Shown here: in pieces, positions 51,201-58,831 of the stretch
Numbering within the stretch: position 1 is the first letter of the stretch
Layout: the number at the start of each line of letters is the position of its first letter
NCBI RefSeq assembly: GCF_034530675.2
Contig: NZ_JAVRCP020000024.1
Location: 10,690-74,689 of the forward strand
Reading direction: 5' to 3'
From: Nostoc sp. DedVER02
GTDB taxonomy: Bacteria; Cyanobacteriota; Cyanobacteriia; Cyanobacteriales; Nostocaceae
Length of the DNA: 64,000 bases
Translations under genes and position numbers: made by a program
The notes under the pieces: generated by a model
Seen by the model: only the letters and a program-made list of their open reading frames with translations
What the model was told of the DNA's origin: nothing
The model's database searches: none

Positions 51201-54200
51201 ACACTTTTTTTGTGAGCTGACCAGCTTCTTTCTTGACCATCAGAAATATTCAATATTTTGACTTTGCCATCTTCACTTGCCGTAGCTAACATTTTGCTAT
51301 CTTGGCTAAAACTAAGGACTGTAATTGCTTTATTATCGTACCCTTCTACACGGTTGATTTCTTTAATTTTCTGAATTGCATTACCCAGATTTGAAATAAC
51401 CTTTAGCCGAGTTTCAGGTATCACCCCTATTGATAAAAACTTCAGTTTTTTACCTACTTTAATAGCTGATACTAGCTCTTCAAGCCCTATGTCATCTTTT
51501 GAAGAAATATCTGATGTCAGGGAAGTGTTGATGTAAGCTGCTGTAACTCCTACTGCGATTACACTTATTGCACTTATTAATCCTATTAATGTAACAGTTT
51601 GTTTGCGTGCAGTTCTTAGCTGTTGTGTCAAAACCTGATTGAGTTTGGCTTCGGTGAGTTTTCGTTGTTCTTTTTCTTTCTCCAATTCAGCAATTAATCG
51701 GGCTGATTGTTGTTCACGAACAAATGGTACTAGATAGTCATGAACCAATTGATATCTGTCAGCCGGAAATCCTGGCACTTGAAATACTAAGCCTGATTTC
51801 ACTAGGATTTTCAAAATTAAATCTAATCTTGCAGGCTCTAATGCTAAATCTGCTTCTAATTCAGCACGATTTTTCAGAGGACGAGTATTATTTTCATCAG
51901 TTAACAAATACAAAACTAGCTTGGCGAACTGTTCGTTATTGTTACCACAATCTTTAACTACTTCTTCTAAGAAGCGCCCTACCAATTTTTCTTTAGGGCC
52001 TTGTTCTTGGTACTGAATCAAAGTTGTAATTTTCTCAGTTTGCAGTTGCGCTCCTACAACTTGTAATTCAATGGGGCGAATTTCGTTGAAATCTCTAGCT
52101 AAATCTCGTACTAGCTCATCAATTAGCGGTGGCTCTAGGTAAAACTGAGAACTTTCAGTTAAGCTTTGAATTACAGAGCGAGCATCTTCCGGCGAAAAGT
52201 TCCCTAAGTAATAAAGAATTTTTTTATCTAATATGTTGTTATCAATTGCATCCAAATGGGTTAAGCGATTACACTCTAGTAAATAATGGAGATAATCTTC
52301 TCTAAGAGACAGAATAATTTTTACATAAGGAATATTAAGACAATCTCGGATAAATTCAAAAAACGGTCTCCTTTTATCTTGGTCTTTATAAGCAAAAAAG
52401 AACTCTTCAAACTGGTCAAAAATCAGAACAGTTAACAAACCTTTCTCTATATTTTTATTCAACTCTTCTACAAAACCTGCCATTGAGTCTAAAAACAGAG
52501 GAAAGCTTAAGCCTCTAACTTCTTCTAGTGATTCTACTAAGCGACTTCCTAAAAGTTTTGTCCAATCTGTATAAACTTGCAAAAGAACAGGCACAACATC
52601 ACGAGCATCTATGGCTCTTTGTTTTAAAGCTGGTAATAATCCTGCCTGAACCAGGGAACTTTTACCTACTCCTGATTGACCATAAATGACCGTCAATTTG
52701 TGGTCATCACGACTGATTCTTTCAATCAATCGATTCACATCTTGCATTCTTCCAGAAGCAGCAATCTCTTGGGTTACTGCTGCTTTTGGATCGGCCACTG
52801 CAAGTCCAGGATTAATAACTTGGAGTTTAGATTGTAAGCGTCCTGCACCTACAAAAGCTCGTAATCCATACTGTTGCTCAATTGAACGTTGCTCTAGTTT
52901 AACTTGGAATGCTTCTAAATAATTACCTTGGTCAAAGTAGAGCGATCGCAGTTTCGCCAAAATGCGAATATATAGCAGTGGATCGTGTTGAGGATTACTT
53001 TCAGAATGAGCGGTTTCTAAATTAGCGATCGCCTCTGGAACCTGATTAATATTTTGTTGAGCTTCTGCTAATAAAAGTAAGTATAAATTTTTATAAAATT
53101 TGTGTTCCCACTCACAATTAATTATTTCTTCTGAGGAAATATTGGCATTCGTTTGTAATGCTAGTTCTGCATATTCTTTAGCCTCTTCCCATTGAGATTT
53201 TTTCAGCAATACCTCAGCCATGAATCCATAACTGTAGGCAAGTCTGATTGGTTCAGGGTAAGTTTGGTGTAGCTCAATAGCTACTAACGCAACTTTTTCT
53301 AACTCATCGTACGCTTCTAATCTGGTTAAAACTTCACCCCAAGCGTTAATAAATTTTGCTGCTAAATCTGGGTATTTTTGCTGCCTAAAACCCTCAACAC
53401 ATTTTTGAAAGTAATCTTTAGCTTTTAGGCAAGCTTCGTAATATTCAGAACGATGCAAAATCGCATACTGTTCCCACCAAAAACCAAGATGCCAAAGTAA
53501 ACATCCGTAACGTTTCAAATCATCAGATGATAGATTTTGGTTATTTTTGACTTTCTTTTCCCAAACAGCTATACTTTGATCATAATAATTTTTCGCTTCA
53601 GATTTATGTCCATTAGCATCTGCTTCCCGACCTAGCAAAAATTGTAAGCTTGCCTCTAGTTCAGGCTCTAATTTTTCTATAGATATTTGTAAATCTCTAA
53701 CAGCAGAATCAATTTCCCCTAAATGGAGAATACCAAGGTCAAGATTTAAGTAAGCATTATCCACAAACTTTCCAGCACCGACATTAATAATTGCTGCAAA
53801 TAGGGAATTAACAATTTGGTGCAGATTGTTGATTAACTGATTCGTAGCAATTTTAAACTTAATTGAGTTACCTGTCCAACTCTTAAAGTCAGGCATTAAT
53901 TGAATCAATTTTTGGAAGGTTTGATCATTTACCCAAATAACTATGGGAAACTGGAAATTCTTACGAAACTCCTCTCTTACCTGATTTGTAGAAATTAAAA
54001 GTTGGTCAATTGCATCTACTAATTCCAAATCAAATATCATCAAAGCTTGAGGTAGTTGATTTCCCAGGTTAGCTTCAATTGTTGTATAAAGTGTTTTGAT
54101 AGATTTTGACAGATGTAGCTCTCGAATCTCAACTTGACATTCTTGCTTGATCTGCTGCACCATCTGGTCTCGCAAACTGCAATAGTTACAACGTGCCAAA

Positions 54201-54304
54201 ATTAACGCAAAGTGTCCCTGAGAATTCGTAATTGAGCGGATTAGTTTTTTCAGGGAGCGTTCATTGTAGACAGCTACATCTTCAGGTTGATAAGAGTCAC
54301 TCAT
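48263..54304 (-). CDS. Giant STAND-type NTPase (2013 aa): degenerate NTPase-like N-domain, TPR-like repeats, active P-loop NTPase, winged-helix-like region, TM helix, ~1000-aa WD40 array
   Basis: Walker A YGQSGVGKSSLVQAGLLP (nt ~52655-52681), Walker B-like LTVLIFDQFEEFF. TM helix TVTLIGLISAISVIAVGVTAAYI (nt 51533-51598). Many SFSPD(G/N)K...(L/I)W WD40 units. The C-terminal LDDLLKRACKLASGYLKNNP tail is typical of cyanobacterial NTPase-WD40 proteins. Confidence 0.8.
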   Translation of the reverse strand: MSDSYQPEDVAVYNERSLKKLIRSITNSQGHFALILARCNYCSLRDQMVQQIKQECQVEIRELHLSKSIKTLYTTIEANLGNQLPQALMIFDLELVDAIDQLLISTNQVREEFRKNFQFPIVIWVNDQTFQKLIQLMPDFKSWTGNSIKFKIATNQLINNLHQIVNSLFAAIINVGAGKFVDNAYLNLDLGILHLGEIDSAVRDLQISIEKLEPELEASLQFLLGREADANGHKSEAKNYYDQSIAVWEKKVKNNQNLSSDDLKRYGCLLWHLGFWWEQYAILHRSEYYEACLKAKDYFQKCVEGFRQQKYPDLAAKFINAWGEVLTRLEAYDELEKVALVAIELHQTYPEPIRLAYSYGFMAEVLLKKSQWEEAKEYAELALQTNANISSEEIINCEWEHKFYKNLYLLLLAEAQQNINQVPEAIANLETAHSESNPQHDPLLYIRILAKLRSLYFDQGNYLEAFQVKLEQRSIEQQYGLRAFVGAGRLQSKLQVINPGLAVADPKAAVTQEIAASGRMQDVNRLIERISRDDHKLTVIYGQSGVGKSSLVQAGLLPALKQRAIDARDVVPVLLQVYTDWTKLLGSRLVESLEEVRGLSFPLFLDSMAGFVEELNKNIEKGLLTVLIFDQFEEFFFAYKDQDKRRPFFEFIRDCLNIPYVKIILSLREDYLHYLLECNRLTHLDAIDNNILDKKILYYLGNFSPEDARSVIQSLTESSQFYLEPPLIDELVRDLARDFNEIRPIELQVVGAQLQTEKITTLIQYQEQGPKEKLVGRFLEEVVKDCGNNNEQFAKLVLYLLTDENNTRPLKNRAELEADLALEPARLDLILKILVKSGLVFQVPGFPADRYQLVHDYLVPFVREQQSARLIAELEKEKEQRKLTEAKLNQVLTQQLRTARKQTVTLIGLISAISVIAVGVTAAYINTSLTSDISSKDDIGLEELVSAIKVGKKLKFLSIGVIPETRLKVISNLGNAIQKIKEINRVEGYDNKAITVLSFSQDSKMLATASEDGKVKILNISDGQERSWSAHKKSVTSISFNSDGKMLATVSQDGNAKIWNIPEGKNWSTAEFKPIKILKIDKDGLGFITFSPNDKLLATTTKNKTVKIWSWQDGKLLNLPQRFNDKNIIVSFSPDNKTVATGGRYDTVKLWKLTPKKIENKPIEIYDSGTFTMNFNNNGDAISLFNKQGNLRVWSTGDKPHLIKSVENGCKNSFGLGDFINNSFDNQSVIFQESEDKKSLYRTRMFQAQCSIYNNFKHDDSITYTSFSPDNKLLASASKDGVVKIWDIENNKLSSFQRTDRYEDTNRKIEFSFDGQTVPLGSSDNSIELQNRNGTHIKTIPGDSSILSFSPDNQTLATGSSDDILKLWKLDTNKEITLKGSTNKITTIDFSPDGNLVAGASADNFVRLWRSSDGKFIGHLKGDTKQVTNVSFSPNSQIIATISHDNKVQLWNSRDRSLIQALKVDSDKVTSVIFSHDSKMLALGDDNLVKLYKSDGTPLKPLIGHNSKVQSVEFSPNDKKIMSVSANSGEIKIWDISNSQPPQSLENYIMISAKFSPNGKYITSINKNYTVNLWTVEGEPRPTLKGHNDTITKVDFSPDGTKIVTSSADNTIKIWDINQLLLKKSNYEPLTLQKHIKGVNDVAFSSDNKYIASASADNTVNIYNSNGNFIKPLSGFGNKPNDDISIDKVSFSADGKIIGATSCKTYLSNDIYRSKYIMKFWSIEDNANFQELKSIKGHVNVLCNNIDSLIRFNFNKKTVAFVSKDDSLKLWNLKGKPLATLSGHTDWVNSVVFSPNKKIIASASDDKTVRFWNRNGKLLKPIIKQSDKVNSVSFTHDGKIIASASDDKIIRLWNLDGKLQKPTISDPDKITNIRFQADDKKIAFVSGSSAKLWNLDNGKVEPLKTDYSSYTLSFDNYNRMLAVGSDSNTGLYFLNSWFTKDPYLLYPISSFLGDRFNLNTNKTIELNSNEGKIYLNDNLDDLLKRACKLASGYLKNNPNMKNDRYLCDDITSQ

Positions 54305-55605
54305 AGTTTAAATTTCTTCGATTCTGCGATCGCTGGGTTAATATCAAACCAGCGTCCATCAACATCCCGGTATTCAAATAAAAACATACTTCGTAAAAGA
54401 GTTTGGTATTCGTCCTCTCCTTTGACATTATCCCTCTGTTGCAAAACCTGTAGCAGTAGCGCCCACTCGCTATCACTAATTGCTGATACCAAATCATCCC
54501 GATACTCGCGGATGACCATTTCCAGACAGTTCCGCCCAATAGGGGGATCACCTTCTTGCAAGCAACTGTAAAGTAAAACTAACAGATTTCGCACATGTCC
54601 ACCACTAACTCGGCAAAGACGATCTAAGGTTTCATCTGAATCAAAAACTTCATTAATATGACTCAAACGTTGCGTTTCTCCTAGCCAGGGAAACGCCCGT
54701 GCTAAAACCATTTGTTGTAGTAGCTTCATACCTTCTAGGTTGTAGGTTCCCTCACGATTCTTGACTGTCACCATTGGTAATACTACAGGTTTGATCCCGA
54801 AACGATTAGTAAGAGTGCTTAATTCATTGGAGAAAATTAACACTAGAGGAATGGTATAAACCAAATGACAATTGAGTTTTTTTAACTGCTCACCCCGATC
54901 AATGAATAGATATTCTGGTTGAGAACGACCAGAGGCTTTAGGAGAGATATCGACGCGATCAAGATTATCAATAATTACCACTAATCCTTGATAACCTTGT
55001 AGCTTCAATTGCTCTTTAGCACGCTCTAGTACCTGTTGATTAATAGCTTCTAATATGCCACTAGTCCGAGGTTCTAGGTATTGGCGCAACTGGCTCCGCA
55101 GCCTGGGACTATCTTTAGTCTTGGCAGTGACTTTACCAATTCCCAAAGGTAATGAAAATTCAAATTCTGGAACTACTGGTGTTTGTAAAAAATCCGCAAT
55201 TTCATTAAACAAATCGACAAAATAGCTTGGTCTAAGTTTGATTTTAACCTTTTCTAAACTGGCGCTAACTTGACGAGTTATTGCTAACAAAATATCGCTG
55301 ACATCCACATCTGCCATATCTAAATCAGCACTGGACTCAAAGTAGACTACATGAAAGCCTTGCTTTTCTAATTCATCTTTGAGTCGAAATAGTTCTGTAG
55401 ATTTACCACAGCCAATATGTCCAGTGAATAATTGGCAGGTTGACTCATCTGGTTGATTAGCAATCGTCCGCCGTAAACGTTGAATTACATTGCCTCCACG
55501 CACTGGCGAGAAGTCAATATAGTACTGTTGGTCTTCTTTATTCTCAATTTTTAAAGTCTTACTGGGATTACAGGCATTAAAAAACTTAATAGGGTCTAAA
55601 GCCAT
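54301..55605 (-). CDS. P-loop ATPase (STAND/AAA-like), translationally coupled to the giant NTPase-WD40 gene
   Basis: Walker A TGHIGCGKSTELFRL, Walker B-like LVVIIDNLDRVD, helical C-terminal half. Its stop overlaps the downstream start (ATGA at 54301-54304). Confidence 0.65.
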   Translation of the reverse strand: MALDPIKFFNACNPSKTLKIENKEDQQYYIDFSPVRGGNVIQRLRRTIANQPDESTCQLFTGHIGCGKSTELFRLKDELEKQGFHVVYFESSADLDMADVDVSDILLAITRQVSASLEKVKIKLRPSYFVDLFNEIADFLQTPVVPEFEFSLPLGIGKVTAKTKDSPRLRSQLRQYLEPRTSGILEAINQQVLERAKEQLKLQGYQGLVVIIDNLDRVDISPKASGRSQPEYLFIDRGEQLKKLNCHLVYTIPLVLIFSNELSTLTNRFGIKPVVLPMVTVKNREGTYNLEGMKLLQQMVLARAFPWLGETQRLSHINEVFDSDETLDRLCRVSGGHVRNLLVLLYSCLQEGDPPIGRNCLEMVIREYRDDLVSAISDSEWALLLQVLQQRDNVKGEDEYQTLLRSMFLFEYRDVDGRWFDINPAIAESKKFKL

Positions 55606-55782
55606 TACGGTTTCCTCTTACTACTTAAAAAATAAAAGTATAAAATATTACTTAATGGTATTAACTAGAGTTTCAGTATATACTAATACATGCAGATAAA
55701 AAATCTTTGTAAAGTAGAATCTCACTTAACTTAAGCAAAAGTTGCTACTAAAAAGATAGTTGTCCTATCTTTAGCAATACAG

Positions 55783-55856
55783 GCGATCGCTTAAAGGAAC
55801 TTGTAGCAACGCTTTAAATGGTTGGGTAGTACAGCTAGCTGTGCTACCCTACAGGA
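55783..55856 (+). repeat. Direct repeat B: orphan copy of the MBL-gene 3' end plus a palindromic terminator
   Basis: gcgatcgcttaaaggaacttgtagcaacgctttaaatggttggg...ggtagtacagctagctgtgctacc. Still encodes GDRLKELVATL-stop. Confidence 0.85.
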
Positions 55857-56012
55857 AATTGCGGTTCAGATAAATGAAAAAGGCTGTAATAAAAATTGTA
55901 ATGTGAATATTACAAACTGGTGCAATTTAAAACAGCTAATAACAGCGCCTGAATTTGACTCTGTTTAATTAATTATCAGCAGCAAAGCGCGATTCTCCTG
56001 TGGAAAGGCTGC

Positions 56013-57254
56013 GTGATCGCGTGCAGAATATTGACAGTGTTGCCTAAAATTATGGATAATTCCCCAGTGGTCGCTCAAGCAGATGCATCCTTACCAAATT
56101 ACACTCAGGAAAATATACATCTAGTGGAGTCAAACAAAAAGATCGGAACTGATTTTGACTCTCGCATGATGCTGCGGTGTTTGGAACTTGCTCGCCGCGC
56201 TTTAGGACGGACTTCGCCAAATCCGTTAGTGGGAGCGGTGATTGTCAAGGATGGCGAAATTGTCGGCGAAGGGTTTCATCCTCGTGCAGGTGAGCCTCAT
56301 GCAGAAGTGTTTGCTTTAAAAGCAGCAGGCGATCGTTCTCGTGGTGCAACAATCTATGTGTCACTTGAACCTTGTAATCACTACGGGCGAACTCCCCCTT
56401 GTTCAGAAGGATTGATCCAAGCTGGAGTAGCAAAAGTGGTAGTGGGTATGGTTGATCCCAATCCACTGGTAGCTGGAGGTGGTATTGCTCGTTTACGGGC
56501 GGCGGGGATCGAAGTGTTGGTAGGAGTAGAAGAATCAGCTTGTCGTCAGCTAAATGAAGCTTTTGTGCATCGCATTCTCTACAAGCGACCTTTAGGAATT
56601 TTAAAATATGCCATGACTTTAGACGGCAAAATTGCTACTACCTCTGGTCATAGCGCCTGGGTGACAAGCCAAGAGGCCCGCAGTGAAGTACATCAACTGC
56701 GGGCGGGTTGCGATGCAATAATTGTCGGGGGTAATACAGTGCGACAAGATAATCCTTATTTAACTAGTCATCATCTGGAGGCACATAATCCCCTGCGGGT
56801 GGTGATGAGTCGCAATCTCAACTTACCGGAAAGTGCCCATCTGTGGCAAACTGCGGATGCTCCTACTTTGGTGTTGACACAGAAGGGTGCTAACCCCGAT
56901 TTTCAAGGACTGTTGCGAAAACTTGGGGTGGAAGTCGTGGAATTAACATCACTTACACCAGATCAGGCAATGGTGTATTTGTATGAGCAGGGTTTTTGTA
57001 GCGTGTTGTGGGAATGTGGCGGTACTTTAGCTGCTAGTGCGATCGCTCAAGGAGCAGTGCAAAAAGTTTTGGCATTTATTGCCCCAAAAATCATTGGTGG
57101 TAGCATTGCTCCCACACCTGTGGGCGATTTAGGTTTTACTACCATGACTGAGGCATTGTCTCTAGAACAGGTTCGTTGGCGTGTAGTTGGTTCTGACTGC
57201 TTAGTGGAAGGTTATTTCCCGAAAAAGCCAATAGTCAATAGTAATAACACTTGA
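56013..57254 (+). CDS. ribD: Bifunctional riboflavin biosynthesis protein RibD (deaminase/reductase)
   Basis: Deaminase zinc motifs HAEV and PCNHYGRTPPC, and a reductase domain (KYAMTLDGKIAT). ATG 56052 is a likelier start than GTG 56013. Confidence 0.85.
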   Translation: MIACRILTVLPKIMDNSPVVAQADASLPNYTQENIHLVESNKKIGTDFDSRMMLRCLELARRALGRTSPNPLVGAVIVKDGEIVGEGFHPRAGEPHAEVFALKAAGDRSRGATIYVSLEPCNHYGRTPPCSEGLIQAGVAKVVVGMVDPNPLVAGGGIARLRAAGIEVLVGVEESACRQLNEAFVHRILYKRPLGILKYAMTLDGKIATTSGHSAWVTSQEARSEVHQLRAGCDAIIVGGNTVRQDNPYLTSHHLEAHNPLRVVMSRNLNLPESAHLWQTADAPTLVLTQKGANPDFQGLLRKLGVEVVELTSLTPDQAMVYLYEQGFCSVLWECGGTLAASAIAQGAVQKVLAFIAPKIIGGSIAPTPVGDLGFTTMTEALSLEQVRWRVVGSDCLVEGYFPKKPIVNSNNT

Positions 57255-57283
57255 CTATCAATCAGTTTATAGTGATTTCTATA

Positions 57284-57592
57284 TCATGAACACTGACGTT
57301 CATGAGCAATATCACGTATAAGGGCTAGCCGAGATTGAATGTAGTGGCACAGATAATCAGTTTCGTTAGGATCTAACAAAACTTGTGTTTCGGTTTGTTT
57401 CACTAACCACTGCACCAAGCTAGTATCATCCAGTTGTAAGAGGAGCTTGGCTTGGGCGGTTTCAACCACTGACCAAAGCTGACGCATGATTGTAGGAGTC
57501 ATCAGACCTCGATTGAATAATGAGCTATTAGCTGTCTTTAGATTACACAATTCCGATCGCAATTTACGACATGAATGTAGAAGCTGAGACAA
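57284..57592 (-). CDS. Hypothetical protein (102 aa)
   Basis: ORF only. No secure family. Confidence 0.3.
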   Translation of the reverse strand: MSQLLHSCRKLRSELCNLKTANSSLFNRGLMTPTIMRQLWSVVETAQAKLLLQLDDTSLVQWLVKQTETQVLLDPNETDYLCHYIQSRLALIRDIAHERQCS

Positions 57593-57958
57593 GTATTATT
57601 AAAAACTTAATAATGCTATTTATAACTTTATGAAGATTAAGAATTTGAAACTCAGTTTTGAAAGTCTAATTTATATTTGGGAATTTGGTATAGCAAATAC
57701 AGATTTTTCTGTGTATTGAGTCTACATCCTTAATTAAGCTCTTAGCTCGACTTTATTCCAAATTAAGAACTCTGCTTTCTTTATCTGGCAAAAATTCTGG
57801 TTTTTTTGCAAATACTTTTTCCATGCCTCCTATTCCCCCTCAAGTCTAAAAACTAAAACTAGGGTACTGCGATGTTTTCAGCGTCGAGTTTTGGGTTTCT
57901 TAAAAATAGATAAAGTCGAGCTTAAAGGTTGTTTGAAAAGTTGAAAAATGTATAATTT

Positions 57959-58040
57959 GTCATTCTGAATGGAACGAATGATCTAGAGTTTGAGCAATTA
58001 CTGGGAGATCCTTCACTAGCTGCGCTACATTCAGTATGAC
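57959..58040 (+). repeat. MITE-like 82-bp element with 13-bp terminal inverted repeats
   Basis: gtcattctgaatg ... cattcagtatgac. Nested in a second inverted repeat, gtttgaaaagt (57931) / acttttcaaac (58040). Confidence 0.55.
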
Positions 58041-58054
58041 TTTTCAAACATCCT

Positions 58055-58831
58055 CTAATTCCTTATATCCCACATATCTTGGTAAATTGGATGGATTTCA
58101 CGCACTAATTTCCATAAACGACGTCTTGCTCGGTAGGCATACCAAACTAAAATGACTAAAGTCTGCCAACTCATCAATATACAAATATTTTGAGTTCCTA
58201 GTGCAATAGCGATAACTAGAAACCCAAATAAAAAGACACGAAGCATTTCATGGGGTAGTCCTTCTAACCACTTACTTTTAGTATAACGATAAACAAAATA
58301 GGGTATCCAGACACTAACCACTTGTGCTACAAACAACATTGACCCAATAATATTGGTTTTTGTCACTACAAGAAAACCAAATGACTTGTAAGTTTGCAAT
58401 ACAAAGTAAAGCCAAGTTCTTGTCTGCTTATCAATATAGTTGTAAACAAAGAAACTTAGGCGTACAACCAGGAGTAAACCTATCCATAATGCCATTTTAA
58501 CTAAAGCTGTTTTTAAATCTAGGGTGCTAACAATGGAAGCCAAAGTAACATCACTTGAGACAACTTTAGCCAATTCCAAAATAATTAGCCCAGGGACAGC
58601 AAAAATTACAGCCCAAATCCAAGCCTGCCATACATTGATTCGGTTCTTGTACTGTTGGTAAGTTGCTGATAGGACTGGTTTTTTCTCAAACCGTTCAGCA
58701 ACTATGTCATTTTCTACATAGCCTAGTTCATAGATGCACCAGAAAGAAAGTAATACAAAAAACATACCAGTGGCATGAATAAGAGGGAGCATCCACTTTT
58801 GGCAGAAACACTCAAATAGCAAGTAAACCAT
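58055..58831 (-). CDS. Multi-pass membrane protein, N-terminally truncated by the IS (the first ~16 codons are IS-derived)
   Basis: About 7 hydrophobic segments. Codons for MVYLLFECFCQKWMLP lie inside the IS left end and its inverted repeat. Native sequence begins near 58784. Confidence 0.4.
   Translation of the reverse strand: MVYLLFECFCQKWMLPLIHATGMFFVLLSFWCIYELGYVENDIVAERFEKKPVLSATYQQYKNRINVWQAWIWAVIFAVPGLIILELAKVVSSDVTLASIVSTLDLKTALVKMALWIGLLLVVRLSFFVYNYIDKQTRTWLYFVLQTYKSFGFLVVTKTNIIGSMLFVAQVVSVWIPYFVYRYTKSKWLEGLPHEMLRVFLFGFLVIAIALGTQNICILMSWQTLVILVWYAYRARRRLWKLVREIHPIYQDMWDIRN

Noticed and set aside
49000-53000. Several 64-116-aa + strand ORFs inside the giant gene (50019-50246, 50616-50810, 50865-51215, 51724-51957, 52686-52922)
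   Set aside because: All are antisense to a continuous 2013-codon ORF with clear motifs. These are low-complexity translations typical of AT-rich antisense frames.
54287-54571. ORFs of 94 aa (+) and 84 aa (-) at the junction of the two island genes
   Set aside because: They overlap the C-terminal coding region of the 434-aa ATPase in other frames. No independent support.
55857-56012. Possible FMN riboswitch upstream of ribD
   Set aside because: Only a simple 7-bp hairpin (ttgtaat/attacaa) is present. None of the conserved FMN-element features I know could be recognised.
57284-57592. Possible short KaiA-like protein (102 aa; C-terminal RLALIRDIAH resembles KaiA RLTLIDVIAH)
   Set aside because: The similarity is limited to about 10 residues, the rest does not follow the KaiA C-domain as I recall it, and no kaiB/kaiC lie adjacent. 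Kept as hypothetical.
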